Below are positions 1-8,153 of a stretch of 25,798 bases of DNA, piece after piece. This DNA comes from Methanomicrobiaceae archaeon. Lineage in GTDB: Archaea > Halobacteriota > Methanomicrobia > Methanomicrobiales > Methanomicrobiaceae. Below the pieces are notes generated by a model. It had not been told where the DNA came from. It made no database searches and was given only the letters and a program-made list of their open reading frames with translations. Where the stretch lies: positions 1-25,798 of the forward strand of contig DAOVRB010000001.1 of NCBI GenBank assembly GCA_030628325.1, written 5' to 3'. The translations under genes and the position numbers were made by a program. Numbering within the stretch: the first letter of the stretch is position 1; each line of letters starts with the position of its first letter.

Positions 1-141
1 GAAAAGGAAGAATCAACAAACAGCTATTTTCTGACAATAAAAGGAAGCCAGAACCTGCTTAGATTTCTCAGTGATTTACCTGAAAATCAAGTGACAACCA
101 AATCCTCGACCAGGTACACCACTGACAACCCAACTGACAAC
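1..141 (+). repeat. Terminal direct repeat, left copy (circular assembly overlap)
   Basis: Identical to 25658-25798 by direct comparison. Confidence 0.95.
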
Positions 142-939
142 CCAACTGACAACTCAAACGGCACAATCCCGACAAAAAAGGCACGCTCCGAAAAACTCTC
201 ACTGGTCTGCAAAATCAAGAACAAACCCAAAGATTGGGACCGCAAACGGCAGACTATCCTCACACACAACCACATTGAGTTCAGCACTGCGAACCTGAAA
301 AATCATAGCATCTATTCTCATACACTGATGGGGCTTACCATCAAGAACACCCGAACATCTATCATAATCAATTTTCCAGAGGCAGAGACATACTGTGCAC
401 AGCAGGCGTTCATCAATGTCATGGATGCTCTTAACAAGATACAATCAAAGATAGAGAGATTTTATGGCATTACTCTCTCAGGAGAGTTTCAGGTAGTGAG
501 CCAGGAACATGCAGACCTAAAGAGACACTTTGCAGAGATTTCAGACTGTTATGATGTGGGCAACTATTATGTTTTCTTTGATCCCATCGACAAGAAGCCA
601 CGCTGGAAGATTGATAAGAGCAAGGGATTCAAGGAATGGGAAACCATGCACAGGGAATTGGGCGCAGAGGATTATGATAACATAAACCTACGCATGGCAG
701 ACATGGCAGATCATCATGAGGACATGCCCATGCCTTTTGACCAATGGGCAAAGGTAGAGCAGCAGGGCTTTGAGATTAAAGATGTTCTCAATGTAGTCAT
801 GGACATGGGCAAACAGAACCTCAAGACAGCCACAGGACTCAATACTGTTGTCCAGATTATCAAGAACAGTCTACCAGGTGACAACAAAGAACAGACAACA
901 CCTGATAACTTCAAGGGGGAGCCGAACTATGTTGGATAA
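1..939 (+). CDS. 3' part of the origin-spanning wHTH protein (track ORF 91..939 is a truncated call)
   Basis: Frame 1 is open from base 1 to TAA at 937-939 and in frame with ATG 25367; C-terminal domain of unknown function. Confidence 0.8.
   Translation, partial: EKEESTNSYFLTIKGSQNLLRFLSDLPENQVTTKSSTRYTTDNPTDNPTDNSNGTIPTKKARSEKLSLVCKIKNKPKDWDRKRQTILTHNHIEFSTANLKNHSIYSHTLMGLTIKNTRTSIIINFPEAETYCAQQAFINVMDALNKIQSKIERFYGITLSGEFQVVSQEHADLKRHFAEISDCYDVGNYYVFFDPIDKKPRWKIDKSKGFKEWETMHRELGAEDYDNINLRMADMADHHEDMPMPFDQWAKVEQQGFEIKDVLNVVMDMGKQNLKTATGLNTVVQIIKNSLPGDNKEQTTPDNFKGEPNYVG
121..153 (+). repeat. 12-bp tandem repeat ACTGACAACCCA, about 3 copies
   Basis: TGACAAC at 123, 135 and 147; encodes TDNP. 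Confidence 0.9.
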
Positions 940-1156
940 CTGGTGGCTCTCTCCCACAAGAGATCCTCAACAATGTCCTAAGTGCAAGGCACATACTTTT
1001 GACTTCCAGCCAGGCAATGCCTTCTGGAGAGAATGTCCCTGCGGTTTTCTCATGCCTTCTGAGCATTCCCTCCATAAGGATAGTTACACACACACAGGAA
1101 GCAACAAGCTTGTCCAGCTTCCTCTGACAAGATTCATGGAGGTTGTTCACAATTAA
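929..1156 (+). CDS. Small zinc-ribbon protein
   Basis: CPKC...CPC; GGGGGA RBS before ATG 929; start revised from the track. Confidence 0.65.
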   Translation: MLDNWWLSPTRDPQQCPKCKAHTFDFQPGNAFWRECPCGFLMPSEHSLHKDSYTHTGSNKLVQLPLTRFMEVVHN

Positions 1157-1442
1157 ACAAGCAACACTCCTTCAACATTTCTGTCCAGGTGATTGTATGG
1201 GCTGTGAGCTTTCACCCCAAGAACCCATAGCATTCACCATAGGTCAGAGGGTGGCTCTCAACGCATCAGCCTGCGCAGGTCATGGCATACAGGGAACCTG
1301 TGCTATCAATGGCAATTTCTATGATGTCATATGGGATTATGGTAATAAAAAATCAGTGACAGGCAACCAATCCAACTCTCTGATCTCCCCAGCTCTTCTT
1401 TCAGAATCAATTCTCACAGAAGCGAAAAGGAGGTTCCCCTGA
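1143..1442 (+). CDS. Hypothetical protein
   Basis: Fills the operon gap with overlaps at both ends; TTG start uncertain. Confidence 0.55.
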   Translation: MFTIKQATLLQHFCPGDCMGCELSPQEPIAFTIGQRVALNASACAGHGIQGTCAINGNFYDVIWDYGNKKSVTGNQSNSLISPALLSESILTEAKRRFP

Positions 1443-1840
1443 TGAACAACTGCCAGGACTGTGGAAAACCAATCATAGGACGCAACAAGCGAGCCATACG
1501 CTGCAAGCAGTGCAACAGGCAATGGTATCTCGACTATTGGCGCAACTACAGCTATCAACATGGCATACTGCTGCGCATCATCTCATACTCATTGATATTT
1601 GGTAAAACAAGGAGGAAACCACATGAAAAAACAAATGGAACCACAGACACCATTATCCAGCCTTCTGTTGGATATGGAAGTATTGGAAGTCCAGACGAAC
1701 TACGACTTCCAGGAAAGCTGGAGAACACTGAAAGTGAGAGTGATGACAGAGTTGGGGATGCTACGACCACCATCTGCAAAAGAAGAGAGACCACCGCAGG
1801 ACACAGCAGACAAGGAGGCAGAACATGTTTGAGAAAATAG
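1442..1840 (+). CDS. N-terminal CxxC...CxxC zinc-finger protein
   Basis: CQDC...CKQC; start overlaps the upstream TGA; the tail overlaps ORF 1623..1832 in another frame. Confidence 0.55.
   Translation: MNNCQDCGKPIIGRNKRAIRCKQCNRQWYLDYWRNYSYQHGILLRIISYSLIFGKTRRKPHEKTNGTTDTIIQPSVGYGSIGSPDELRLPGKLENTESESDDRVGDATTTICKRRETTAGHSRQGGRTCLRK
1623..1832 (+). CDS. Hypothetical protein (69 aa)
   Basis: Strong AGGAGG RBS before ATG 1623. Confidence 0.6.
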   Translation: MKKQMEPQTPLSSLLLDMEVLEVQTNYDFQESWRTLKVRVMTELGMLRPPSAKEERPPQDTADKEAEHV

Positions 1841-2046
1841 GCATGAAAAAGATCATGGAGAATGCAGACAAGCTGAACAACTACATGAAGAGCGTGGATG
1901 AGAGGCAGAGAGACATCATGAAATCTTTCAACCATCACACTGTCGTCACGAATGTCAAGCTGAACTGCATACTGGAACACCTGGGCATCCAGGAAACCGC
2001 AGCAACAAAAGTGACAGCAGCACTGAAAGAGGTTGGTCTGGAATGA
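1825..2046 (+). CDS. Small coiled-coil protein
   Basis: GGAGG RBS; helical heptad-like sequence. Confidence 0.7.
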   Translation: MFEKIGMKKIMENADKLNNYMKSVDERQRDIMKSFNHHTVVTNVKLNCILEHLGIQETAATKVTAALKEVGLE

Positions 2047-2330
2047 CTGAGTCTGAGATTACAGAGACGACACTGTCCAAGAGACAGGTAAGGACTATCT
2101 GTGCAATAGCCCTCATCGTTCTTGGATTATATGGTTCATTCCATATAGGCTCAGCACACACCTGCAACAGGTCAGGAGGTTATCTGTTACACAATCTGGT
2201 ATGCGTCAATTACAGCACTCTCAGATACTGCCAGATCAACAGGTCTGTCTATGAAGTGGGCAATAACATAGGCTTCATGGACCCAAGGCTACAAGAGATC
2301 CTCAAGGAGGCAACCAATGGAACGCAGTAA
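2043..2330 (+). CDS. Single-pass membrane protein
   Basis: TM segment ICAIALIVLGLYGSF; sequons NRS, NYS, NRS; ATGA overlap. Confidence 0.7.
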   Translation: MTESEITETTLSKRQVRTICAIALIVLGLYGSFHIGSAHTCNRSGGYLLHNLVCVNYSTLRYCQINRSVYEVGNNIGFMDPRLQEILKEATNGTQ

Positions 2331-2556
2331 CGCTGACTTCCTGCGCAAGGTAGAAGCCAGCAGGGAACGCCTGTTGAGACGCAGGGAGATGTCCAAGTAT
2401 GTCAAGAGATCATACAGCGGCATCCCTCCATCAGTCAAGCGCAGGATTGAGGAGAACAACAAGCACAAACAGATCAGAGGAGTTTGCTGGAATGCAGCAG
2501 ACAAGAAGAGACACAAGGCAATCGAGGACACGATGCCTCTATCAAGGTGGTTATGA
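2317..2556 (+). CDS. Small basic protein
   Basis: GGAGG RBS; R/K-rich. Confidence 0.65.
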   Translation: MERSNADFLRKVEASRERLLRRREMSKYVKRSYSGIPPSVKRRIEENNKHKQIRGVCWNAADKKRHKAIEDTMPLSRWL

Positions 2557-3029
2557 TGAAAGCACTGAGCATAAAGGAACCCTGGGCAAGCATGATCTAC
2601 AATGGCCAGAAAACAATAGAGACCAGGACATGGAATACAAAATACAGGGGATGGGTATTATTATGTGCCAGCAAGAAACCTAAGAGCAATCTATCAGGCA
2701 ACGCCTTTGCCATAGCTGAGATATACCATAGCAGACCGATGATTGCTTTAGACGAACCACAGGCATGTTGCAGCATCTACCCTAAAGCACATAGCTGGCT
2801 GCTCAAGAACATCACACCTATCAAGCCTTACCCTGTGAAAGGCAGGCTGTCCCTGTTCAATGTGTCTGTGACTTCTCCTGATGTTGTGCGCTTCTTCTGG
2901 AACAAAGGCTGGAAAGCTGGATACATATGCAAACTTCTGGATCTAATAGATTACAGGCTCATGAAGATACTCAGGGATGACCTACACATATTTGACAGAG
3001 AGATACAGGACGGCAAGGTGATCCTATGA
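2556..3029 (+). CDS. ASCH domain protein
   Basis: MKALSIKEPWASMIYNGQKTIETRTW matches the ASCH signature (GxKxxExR); start revised to 2556 (or 2553) after AGGTGG. Confidence 0.85.
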   Translation: MKALSIKEPWASMIYNGQKTIETRTWNTKYRGWVLLCASKKPKSNLSGNAFAIAEIYHSRPMIALDEPQACCSIYPKAHSWLLKNITPIKPYPVKGRLSLFNVSVTSPDVVRFFWNKGWKAGYICKLLDLIDYRLMKILRDDLHIFDREIQDGKVIL

Positions 3030-3601
3030 GAAAGCCAAGACTGACCAGGGCTTTCGCCAATTCACTGCAAAAGAAGAGAGAAGAACACGACAAGTGCGAC
3101 AGATGCCCACACCCAGAAGAATGTATGTTATTTCGACAAGGAGGAAAACAAATGAAAAAAACAGGTAAATCAAGAGAATTAGAGATAAGGGATCATAGAC
3201 TATTTATGAAAGAAGGTAGAGAAGCAAAGGAAAGATCAGACAGAGAATATAGAGCAGCAAATGAAAGATCAGACAGACATGTTTCTCATATGATAACAAA
3301 GGTTCTGGGTATGATCCTACTAATGGTTGTCATAGTATGCATAGGTGTCTCATTGAATTCTCGCACAGAGGCAACAGCCATATTTGAATGCAGCAGCGGT
3401 GACATAGACACAAACATCTCTGCACACTTCAACACACAGGAATACCCATGCAACATCTCAACAGGTCAGCCAGGCATATGTTTCAAGCAGGATAATCTCA
3501 TGGAAGGCTTTGAGTTCAAGGGCATAGACGGTCTGACATGCAAGGGCAAGGCAGAGGTCAAAGCACCCTCATGGATGATGATGTTCGGAGGGTTCAACTG
3601 A
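3026..3601 (+). CDS. Membrane protein with a Cys-containing external domain; internal in-frame start at 3152 is likely
   Basis: TM VLGMILLMVVIVCIGVSL; two NIS sequons; AGGAGG RBS before ATG 3152. Confidence 0.7.
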   Translation: MRKPRLTRAFANSLQKKREEHDKCDRCPHPEECMLFRQGGKQMKKTGKSRELEIRDHRLFMKEGREAKERSDREYRAANERSDRHVSHMITKVLGMILLMVVIVCIGVSLNSRTEATAIFECSSGDIDTNISAHFNTQEYPCNISTGQPGICFKQDNLMEGFEFKGIDGLTCKGKAEVKAPSWMMMFGGFN

Positions 3602-3738
3602 TGACAGGGCAAGGTAAGAGACAGGCAAGCCAATACAACACCCCTTGCATATGTGGACACAGAGAGGGAGATCACACCATAAGCGGAGCATGCACATTAT
3701 GCAACTGCCTGATGTTCCAGGCAAAGAAAGAGGGATGA
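3601..3738 (+). CDS. Small Cys/His metal-binding protein (45 aa)
   Basis: CICGH...H...CTLCNC; ATG overlaps the upstream TGA. Confidence 0.6.
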   Translation: MTGQGKRQASQYNTPCICGHREGDHTISGACTLCNCLMFQAKKEG

Positions 3739-4133
3739 AGGTGTGCAGCACATGCAAAGTCTTGACAGCCTGCCTCTTATGTGTCTGCCTGTTATCTGCC
3801 TGGCTGGTCTATGGTGTACTCCAGGAAGCCAGGACAGAGCAGGTAATTATACATCAATATGTATCAACGACAGAAGAAAATGATTATCCTGCAACGACAG
3901 AAGAAAATGATTATTCTGCAACGACAGAAGAAAATGATTATCCTGCAACGACAGAAGAAAATGATTATTCTGCAACGACAGAAGAAAATGATTATCCTGC
4001 AACGACAGAAGAAAATGATTATCCTGCAACGACAGAAGAAAATGATTATCCTGCAACGACAGAAGAAAATGATTATTCTGCAACGACAGGAGAAAATGAT
4101 TATTCTGTAAAGACAAGAGAGAAGGAATGGTGA
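3735..4133 (+). CDS. Membrane-anchored protein with an acidic 9-aa repeat tail
   Basis: N-terminal TM, then (TTEENDY[P/S]A)x9; ATGA overlap at 3735. Confidence 0.7.
   Translation: MKVCSTCKVLTACLLCVCLLSAWLVYGVLQEARTEQVIIHQYVSTTEENDYPATTEENDYSATTEENDYPATTEENDYSATTEENDYPATTEENDYPATTEENDYPATTEENDYSATTGENDYSVKTREKEW
3864..4106 (+). repeat. 27-bp tandem repeat x9 (GCAACGACAGAAGAAAATGATTAT[C/T]CT)
   Basis: Direct reading; units are near-identical with no spacers. Confidence 0.95.
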
Positions 4134-4360
4134 GAACAATGACTAATTTATTTGAACAGTTAGCAGAATTAGAACATGAACAATGGATGGCATGGTCTAA
4201 AGATATTGCGTCAAAAGAGAATATATCTCAAGTAAGGTTGGAGAGATGGAGATCCTTATGGAAACCATATTCCAAATTGACAGAAGAGCAGAAAGACCAG
4301 GATAGATTATGGGTTGAAAAAGTGATGAGATGTTTCAAACAACATCTGAAACCAGATTGA
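4127..4360 (+). CDS. RyR (ryanodine receptor repeat)-like small protein
   Basis: EQLAELEHEQW...KPYSKLTEEQKDQDR resembles the RyR domain pattern; start could be 4139. Confidence 0.65.
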   Translation: MVRTMTNLFEQLAELEHEQWMAWSKDIASKENISQVRLERWRSLWKPYSKLTEEQKDQDRLWVEKVMRCFKQHLKPD

Positions 4361-4370
4361 GGTTCTAACT

Positions 4371-5438
4371 ATGTCATACAAAAAACTGACCGGATTCACC
4401 CTATACCAGCGAGCCATGCAGGAAGCAGACTTAGACGTACTCAGCATAACCAGCAGTCCCAAGGGCTTCGGCAAGTCCAGCTTTATCCTGCAGAACGCAA
4501 GGAAGTACCTTGACCTGTTCGGCTTGACCTGTCCACAGTGCAAGCATGAATGGGTGTACACTGGCAGGGCAGTCACTTCAAACCCAGGGGGAGGCTTCAC
4601 CCTGACCAACGAGAACCCATCAGAGCCGTGTCCTAAGTGTGGACACAACAACTCTGAGAGGACTAAGCGCTTCAACTTCATGCGTTACCTTGCCTATGAT
4701 AACAATGAGGTAAGGAGATTGATCCATGAACTGCCTGAGTACAGTCCTATCCTTGCAGATGAAGGTGTGCGTTTCATGATGGGCGAGGACTGGAACAGTT
4801 GGGAGTCCAAGCTGATGAAGAAACTGATAGCGCAATGCAGGACAAAGCACCTATTGATCTTCACGAACATACCTAAGTTCAGATGGCTGGACAGGAAATA
4901 CAGGGATGACATGGCGACATTCTGGGTGAGGATAATCAAGCGAGGCATGGCAGTGATGCTCCAGCCTGACCTCGGAGAGACAGACGACCCCTGGCACATG
5001 AAGAACTTTGAGAAGTATCTGGGATCATACAATTATTTCACATCAGAATCAGTCCTGATGGAGAGAGTATCCCATCTCCTGAAAAAGCATCAATGCGTAT
5101 TCGACTACTTCCGCATCCCTCCTGTCCCTGATGATATATATAAGACTTACCTTGTGGCGAGGGATGCAAAGGCATTCGAGGCAAAGCGAGCAGACCAGAA
5201 GATCAATGAGAAGGACGTGGCAAAGATAGCCTGCTACAACCTGACAGAGAAGTGGGATGAGATCAAGGCTGCTGTGCATATGGGTAAGTTCAAGAAGCCC
5301 ACGCTGAAGATCCTTGCGAGGTTCGTGTTCAATAACCCTGTCACAAACAAGGACACAGTGGCATACACAACGATAAGGAACTGGATAAAGGGTGTGGATG
5401 ACATGGTCAAGCTGCACCTTGGAGGCAACAACAAATGA
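4371..5438 (+). CDS. Zot/pI-like morphogenesis (assembly) ATPase with a zinc-ribbon insertion
   Basis: Walker A SSPKGFGKS, Walker B ILADE, downstream RTKHLLIFTNIPKFRWLDRKYR typical of this ATPase group; CPQC...CPKC insert. Confidence 0.8.
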   Translation: MSYKKLTGFTLYQRAMQEADLDVLSITSSPKGFGKSSFILQNARKYLDLFGLTCPQCKHEWVYTGRAVTSNPGGGFTLTNENPSEPCPKCGHNNSERTKRFNFMRYLAYDNNEVRRLIHELPEYSPILADEGVRFMMGEDWNSWESKLMKKLIAQCRTKHLLIFTNIPKFRWLDRKYRDDMATFWVRIIKRGMAVMLQPDLGETDDPWHMKNFEKYLGSYNYFTSESVLMERVSHLLKKHQCVFDYFRIPPVPDDIYKTYLVARDAKAFEAKRADQKINEKDVAKIACYNLTEKWDEIKAAVHMGKFKKPTLKILARFVFNNPVTNKDTVAYTTIRNWIKGVDDMVKLHLGGNNK

Positions 5439-5587
5439 CACATGCAGACACAGCAGAGGTATGGCGTAACGACAAGCAGTATCATTTTGAATGGAATGAA
5501 GAGAGCATAGCGATAACAGAATGCTGCAAGAACAAAGAGCATGAGGACTGCACTCTTGAGACCTATGATTTTGCGAGGATTGAATGA
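5435..5587 (+). CDS. Small hypothetical protein (50 aa, MTHADTAEVW...)
   Basis: GGAGG RBS; ATGA overlaps at both ends; below the track cutoff. Confidence 0.6.
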   Translation: MTHADTAEVWRNDKQYHFEWNEESIAITECCKNKEHEDCTLETYDFARIE

Positions 5588-6264
5588 ACTTCGTAGAACT
5601 ATTCTCAGGAAGCGGAACCATGACAAGAGAGTTCCAAAGAGCCGGTCACAATACTTTCTCTGTAGACATAAGAAAGCGGAAGGGCAAATGCGAACCCCAC
5701 TTGAGAAAGGACATACTGGACATGGTCCGGTCAGACATTCCCTTCAACCATATAGATGTCCTCTGGCTCTCCCTTCCCTGTGATATATGGAGTTATGCTG
5801 CTGGCTCTGTCCATTGGAATAAAGAAGGACTCCCAAGGACAGAGAAGTGCATGGCACATATTCATATCCTGGAGAAGTCCCTTGCAGTTATCCAGGAATG
5901 TAGTCCGGGGTTGTTCTTCATAGAGAACCCCAGAGGGAGATTGAGGCATTACCCCAGGTTGCTTGACTTCCTGGCAAAGCATGAGGCACTCATTAAAGTA
6001 TTGACCCTGTCCTCTTACGGCTTCCACACGACAAAGCCAACGAACCTATTCACCAATGCAAAAGATTACACACCCAAAGAGCTTGACAGATTCGGGAGGG
6101 GCGCAAAAGTGAAGCGTAATTTCTCGAACATGACTAAATGCCAGAGACAGAAACTGCTGAGCTCATTGGCGATAGAGATAAGAGAATATTGTGAGGAGCA
6201 TATCAGACCCAAAGGCATACCCATTGCAGATCATTGTCAGAAAGATTTAGGAGCATACATATGA
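5584..6264 (+). CDS. Short C5-cytosine DNA methyltransferase
   Basis: Motif I ELFSGSG, motif IV SLPC, motif VI IENP. Confidence 0.85.
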   Translation: MNFVELFSGSGTMTREFQRAGHNTFSVDIRKRKGKCEPHLRKDILDMVRSDIPFNHIDVLWLSLPCDIWSYAAGSVHWNKEGLPRTEKCMAHIHILEKSLAVIQECSPGLFFIENPRGRLRHYPRLLDFLAKHEALIKVLTLSSYGFHTTKPTNLFTNAKDYTPKELDRFGRGAKVKRNFSNMTKCQRQKLLSSLAIEIREYCEEHIRPKGIPIADHCQKDLGAYI

Positions 6265-7610
6265 AACATCGAGGTACTTTTTCCCTGCTGCTGTTGATCC
6301 TGATTGCCATAGTCATACCCAGACTGTTCTTCCCGGTCAATGCAGGGATAGACACAGATGAATACAAAGATGCAGAAGGGAACTATTACCTGTTCCAGTT
6401 CGATCCTTATCATTTCTATGGCGAATCACTCAAAGGTCCGGGCAGAAATTTCCTTATCTTCCAGGAACATGCCCTGGGCAGCCTCTTCTTAATATCTCTC
6501 ATCCCTGTATTCTATGCAGCGCTCACAGCATTGTTCCTGTTCTTCATCATAAAGGAACTCACAGGCAACCCCTGGGCTGCGTTCCTTGGCTGCATCATCC
6601 TTGCGGTCAACAAGATATTCTTCATGGCGACCTACAGAGGCTACACAGACACCAACAGCCTCAACCACTTCTTCATAGTCTCTGTGATCTACTGCGTCAT
6701 GATAGGATACAAGCATAGGTCTGCCTGGGCAATAGCTGCCTGTGCTCTCCTGCTCTTCATGCTCACCTGGAACGGCTGGATCTTCCTCCTGATTATCCTT
6801 GCTATTGCTATGTCCATGTATTCAATAGACAACAGGAGATGGCTTAACTTAGGTATCCTTGCATGCTTCCTCTTGATCCTGCCTTATAGGAAGGTACTCT
6901 CTTACTTGCCTTACTTGGGTTCCGGTTTCAGGATAACGCATGAGATGGCAGGACCATGCTATCATCCCTTTATCTTGGTCATACTTGCAGCACTGTTCTT
7001 TTTCCTTCTATCGCAATGCAGAGGAGATGTGAAGCATTACATATTATTGTCCTGGTTCTCTGTATTCCTCATAGCGAGCATGTTCGCCTTGCGCCATACA
7101 CAGCATCTCATCCCTCCTCTGGCAATTACACTTGCGATTCTTGCAGATAAGATAAGGAAGTACCAGGTACTTTTCATCTTACTGTGTTCTGTGATGATGC
7201 TCTTCCTGTTCTCATTGGAGATCATGCACTCACAACACCTGCCACACATGGACGACACAGTGCTGGAAGCTATGGAATGGATCAAGGCAAACACTTCTGA
7301 GGACATTAAGATCATGTCCTGGTGGGATTACGGACACATCTATTCTGCATACTCAGGCAGGGAAGTGATGTACAGAGGGCATGAACCGAGAGGTCAGGTA
7401 TTGGAAGAGCTTGCTGCTTTCCTGTTGTCACCTGACAGCAGCCTGCCTGATGACACGATCTTCATAGCCAACTCAGCAGACCTGGAGAAGAGGGAGATCC
7501 TTGAGTATTATAGTAGTATGAACCTGACGATGGACAGCACCATCATGCGAGTGCTGAGAGAAGGCAGATGCTTTGAAGGTACTAAGAGGATATGTATGTG
7601 GGGTGAATAG
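6261..7610 (+). CDS. aglB: Compact AglB/STT3-like oligosaccharyltransferase (449 aa)
   Basis: Polytopic membrane protein with FDPY, RGYTDTN, ITHE, ALRH, SWWDYG and DLEK motifs in the STT3/PglB/AglB order; AGGAG RBS and ATGA overlap support start 6261. Confidence 0.85.
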   Translation: MKHRGTFSLLLLILIAIVIPRLFFPVNAGIDTDEYKDAEGNYYLFQFDPYHFYGESLKGPGRNFLIFQEHALGSLFLISLIPVFYAALTALFLFFIIKELTGNPWAAFLGCIILAVNKIFFMATYRGYTDTNSLNHFFIVSVIYCVMIGYKHRSAWAIAACALLLFMLTWNGWIFLLIILAIAMSMYSIDNRRWLNLGILACFLLILPYRKVLSYLPYLGSGFRITHEMAGPCYHPFILVILAALFFFLLSQCRGDVKHYILLSWFSVFLIASMFALRHTQHLIPPLAITLAILADKIRKYQVLFILLCSVMMLFLFSLEIMHSQHLPHMDDTVLEAMEWIKANTSEDIKIMSWWDYGHIYSAYSGREVMYRGHEPRGQVLEELAAFLLSPDSSLPDDTIFIANSADLEKREILEYYSSMNLTMDSTIMRVLREGRCFEGTKRICMWGE

Positions 7611-7613
7611 ATT

Positions 7614-7904
7614 ATGATTAAGGAATTCATAGCTGACAGGAAAAGGATATATGTGAAAAATTTAGAATCAACTCAGCAGACAGCATGGCTATCTTTTGTT
7701 TTGGGCATGGCAACAGTTACAGTAGCATTGGAGTTTATATTGACAGAACAGTATCTATACTTGATATTGACACTGGCAGACCTTATAGCATTTCCTTTCT
7801 TCTGTATGTTCAATAAACAGAGACACAAGAACAACTACTTAACAGCCATATTTATCATAAACATAGTTTTCATATTTATGGGATTACACTCATTATCCCT
7901 ATGA
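7614..7904 (+). CDS. Small three-TM membrane protein (AT-rich)
   Basis: Hydrophobic segments; directly follows aglB. Confidence 0.65.
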   Translation: MIKEFIADRKRIYVKNLESTQQTAWLSFVLGMATVTVALEFILTEQYLYLILTLADLIAFPFFCMFNKQRHKNNYLTAIFIINIVFIFMGLHSLSL

Positions 7905-8055
7905 ACACTACTGTGGTCACAACAAGGGCAGTGACCATAGAAGCAAGTTTATCCTTACCGAACTTAAAACCGACAGCAACACCACACATTATCGAGACAC
8001 TCGCAACAAAAATGATACGTCCCACACTATGCCCTAACATAATCATTCCACTCAT
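7876..8055 (-). CDS. Small two-TM membrane protein (59 aa, MSGMIMLGHSVGRIIF...)
   Basis: Hand translation; GGTGA RBS; TATA-like TTTATTAAA about 31 nt upstream; below the track cutoff. Confidence 0.6.
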   Translation of the reverse strand: MSGMIMLGHSVGRIIFVASVSIMCGVAVGFKFGKDKLASMVTALVVTTVVFIGIMSVIP

Positions 8056-8106
8056 GTAATCACCAATATGTGAGAGGGGAGAAGGGTTTAATAAATCCTT
8101 TCTTCC

Positions 8107-8132
8107 CTTATTCTAAACCCTTGTTTTTATAG
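8107..8132 (+). promoter_or_regulatory. Archaeal promoter of the capsid gene (likely leaderless)
   Basis: CCTTATTCTAAACCCTTGTTTTTATAG; TATA ends 22 nt before ATG 8154; no SD. Confidence 0.7.
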
Positions 8133-8153
8133 AACCCATCCCTAAAACCCAAT

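Noticed and set aside
1-141. Biological terminal repeats of a linear genome
   Set aside because: The 141-bp length is typical of an assembler k-mer overlap, and a gene reads through the join
3864-4106. CRISPR array
   Set aside because: Contiguous 27-bp units with no unique spacers; in-frame coding repeat
3847-4139. Alternative-frame repeat ORFs (LQNNHFLLS, QRQKKMIIL, CRCRIIIFF)
   Set aside because: Stop-free shadows of the 27-bp repeat without RBS or context
4371-5438. Terminase large subunit of a tailed virus
   Set aside because: No nuclease domain, and no portal or HK97 capsid in the genome; motifs fit a Zot/pI-like ATPase better
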